NCBI RefSeq assembly: GCF_009914755.1
Contig: NC_060925.1
Reading direction: 5' to 3' (one strand)
Length of the DNA: 64,000 bases
Source of the DNA: the human T2T-CHM13v2.0 reference genome, Homo sapiens
Numbering within the stretch: the first letter of the stretch is position 1; each line of letters opens with the position of its first letter. The translations under genes were made by a program, and so were the position numbers. Below are positions 62,401 to 64,000 of this stretch, piece by piece. The notes beneath the pieces were generated by a model. The model made no database searches, was not told the origin of the DNA, and worked only from the letters and a program-made list of their open reading frames with translations.

Positions 62401-64000
62401 CATCTTGTGGCCTTCGTTGGAAACGGGATTTCTTCATATTCTGCTAGACAGAAGAATTCTCAGTAACTTCCTTGTGTTGTGTGTATTCAACTCACAGAGT
62501 TGAACGATCCTTTACACAGAGCAGACTTGAAACACTCTTTTTGTGGAATTTGCAAGTGGAGATTTCAGCCGCTTTGATGTCAATGGTAGAAAAGGAAATA
62601 ACTTCGTATAAAGACTAGACAGAATGATTCTCAGAAACTCTTTTGTGATGTGTGCGTTCAACTCACAGAGTTTGACCTTTCTGTTCATAGAGCCGTTAGG
62701 AAACACTCTGTTTGTAAAGTCTGCAAGTGGATATTCACACCTCCTTGAGACCTTCGTTGGAAACGGGATTTCTTCATATTCTGCTAGACAGAAGAATTCT
62801 CAGTAACTTCCTTGTGTTGTGTGTATTCAACTCACAGAGTTGTACGATCCTTTACACAGAGCAGACTTGAAACACTCTTTTTGTGGAATTTGCAAGTGGA
62901 GATTTCAGCCGCTTTGAGGTCAATGGTAGAATAGGAAATATCTTCCTATAGAAACGAGACAGAATGATTCTCAGAAACTCCTTTGTGATGTGTGCGTTCA
63001 ACTCACAGAGTTTAACCTTTCTTTTCATAGAGCAGTTAGGAAACACTCTGTTTGTAAAGTCTGCAAGTGGATATTCAGACCTCTTTGAGGCCTTCGTTGG
63101 AAACGGGATTTCTTCATATTCTGTTAGACAGAAGAATTCTCAGTAACTTCCTTGTGTTGTGTGTATTCAACTCACAGAGTTGAACGATCCTTTACACAGA
63201 GCAGACTTGAAACACTCTTTTTGTGGAATTTGCAAGTGGAGATTTCAGCCGCTTTGAGGTCAATAGTAGAAAAGGAAATATCTTCGTAGAAAAACTAGGC
63301 AGAATGATTCTCAGAAACTCCTTTGTGATGTGTGTGTTCAACTCACAGAGTTTAACCTTTCTTTTCATAGAGCAGTTAGTAAACACTCTGTTTATAAAGT
63401 CTGCAAGTGGATATTCAGACCCCTTTGAGGCCTTCGTTGGAAACGGGATTTCTTCATATTATGCTAGACAGAAGAATTCTCAGTAACTTCCTTGTGTTGT
63501 GTGTATTCAACTGACAGAGTTGAACTTTCATTTAGAGAGAGCAGATTTGAAACACTGTTTTTGTGGAATTTGCAAGTGGAGATTTCAAGCGCTTTGGGGC
63601 CAAAGGCAGAAAAGGAAGTATCTTCGTATAAAAACTAGACAGAATCATTCTCAGAAACTGCTGCGTGATGTGTGCGTTCAACTCTCAGAGTTTAACTTTT
63701 CTTTTCATTCAGCGGTTTGGAAACACTCTGTTTGTAAAGTCTGCACGTGGATATTTTGACCACTTAGAGGCCTTCGTTGGAAACGGGTTTTTTTTCATGT
63801 AAGGCTACACAGAAGAATTCCCAGTAACTTCCTTGTGTTGTGTGCATTCAACTCACAGAGTTGAACGTTCCCTTAGACAGAGCAGATTTGAAACACTCTA
63901 TTTGTGCAATTTGCAAGTGTAGATTTCAAGCGCTTTAAGGTCAACGGCAGAAAAGGAAATATCTTCGTTTCAAAACTAGACAGAATCATTCCCACAAACT
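59491..64000 (+). repeat. Second copy of the +12,237-bp duplicated segment, truncated by the window end
   Basis: The ORF-track landmarks 48239/60476, 49566/61803, 49940/62177 and 51262/63499 all differ by 12,237 and have identical translations. Confidence 0.9.

Larger units (their letters stand above)
1..64000 (+). repeat. Centromeric alpha-satellite array, suprachromosomal family 1 (dimeric J1/J2 type), about 188 tandem 340-bp dimers; most consistent with human D1Z7/D5Z2/D19Z3 (S1C1/5/19H1L)
   Basis: Seen: continuous 340-bp periodicity, alphoid motifs (CATTCTCAGAAACT, TTCAACTCACAGAGTT, TTGAAACACTCTTTTTGTGGAATTTGCAAGTGGA), a CENP-B box every second monomer and an EcoRI site in most dimers. 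Established: this dimeric EcoRI organisation is SF1. Alpha-satellite identity is near certain; the chr1/5/19 assignment is from recognition, not a search (about 0.8). Confidence 0.98.

Noticed and set aside
80-63759. Several hundred 60-124 aa ORFs on both strands (MILRNSFV..., MFPNCSMK..., MCIQLTEL...)
   Set aside because: They recur every 340 bp as translations of the satellite unit, many use non-ATG starts, and they resemble no protein family I recognise. They are gained or lost with random SNPs and indels, so they are not credible CDS.
1-64000. CRISPR-like or other repeat-spacer system
   Set aside because: There are no unique spacers: the sequence between conserved motifs is itself repeated, and no cas or other genes are present.
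1-64000. Transposon insertion (L1/Alu), inversion or non-alphoid island
   Set aside because: The 340-bp phase and orientation persist throughout, with a net drift of only about 16 bp over 186 dimers. No poly-A tails, target-site duplications or reverse-strand CENP-B boxes were seen.
1-64000. Calling this the kinetochore site (CENP-A domain or hypomethylated dip), or naming a specific chromosome
   Set aside because: Kinetochore position is epigenetic and not readable from sequence. The array is shared among chr1, chr5 and chr19, so assignment needs alignment to complete assemblies.

Overview
The whole 64 kb window is one uninterrupted, single-orientation array of primate (almost certainly human) centromeric alpha-satellite DNA of suprachromosomal family 1. 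It is built from about 188 copies of a 340-bp EcoRI dimer (alternating 171/169-bp monomer spacing). One monomer carries a CENP-B box and the other a pJalpha-type box. The sequence best fits the D1Z7/D5Z2/D19Z3 (S1C1/5/19H1L) array shared by chromosomes 1, 5 and 19; I cannot tell which chromosome from the sequence alone. A diverged 680-bp tetramer cassette recurs 29 times at irregular spacings of 3-13 dimers, giving HOR variants from 6-mer to 26-mer. Rare shared SNPs and indels reveal nested duplications: a 3,739-bp tandem duplication, an about 8.5-kb macro-repeat in three copies, a 12,237-bp-offset duplication running off the window end, and several dispersed blocks with whole-dimer deletions. 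I see no genes, RNA genes, transposon insertions, inversions or CRISPR arrays; all listed ORFs are by-products of the repeat. I found no support for a novel biological system. The interesting signal is array architecture and mutation history. All comparisons were made by eye, so counts and breakpoints are approximate.
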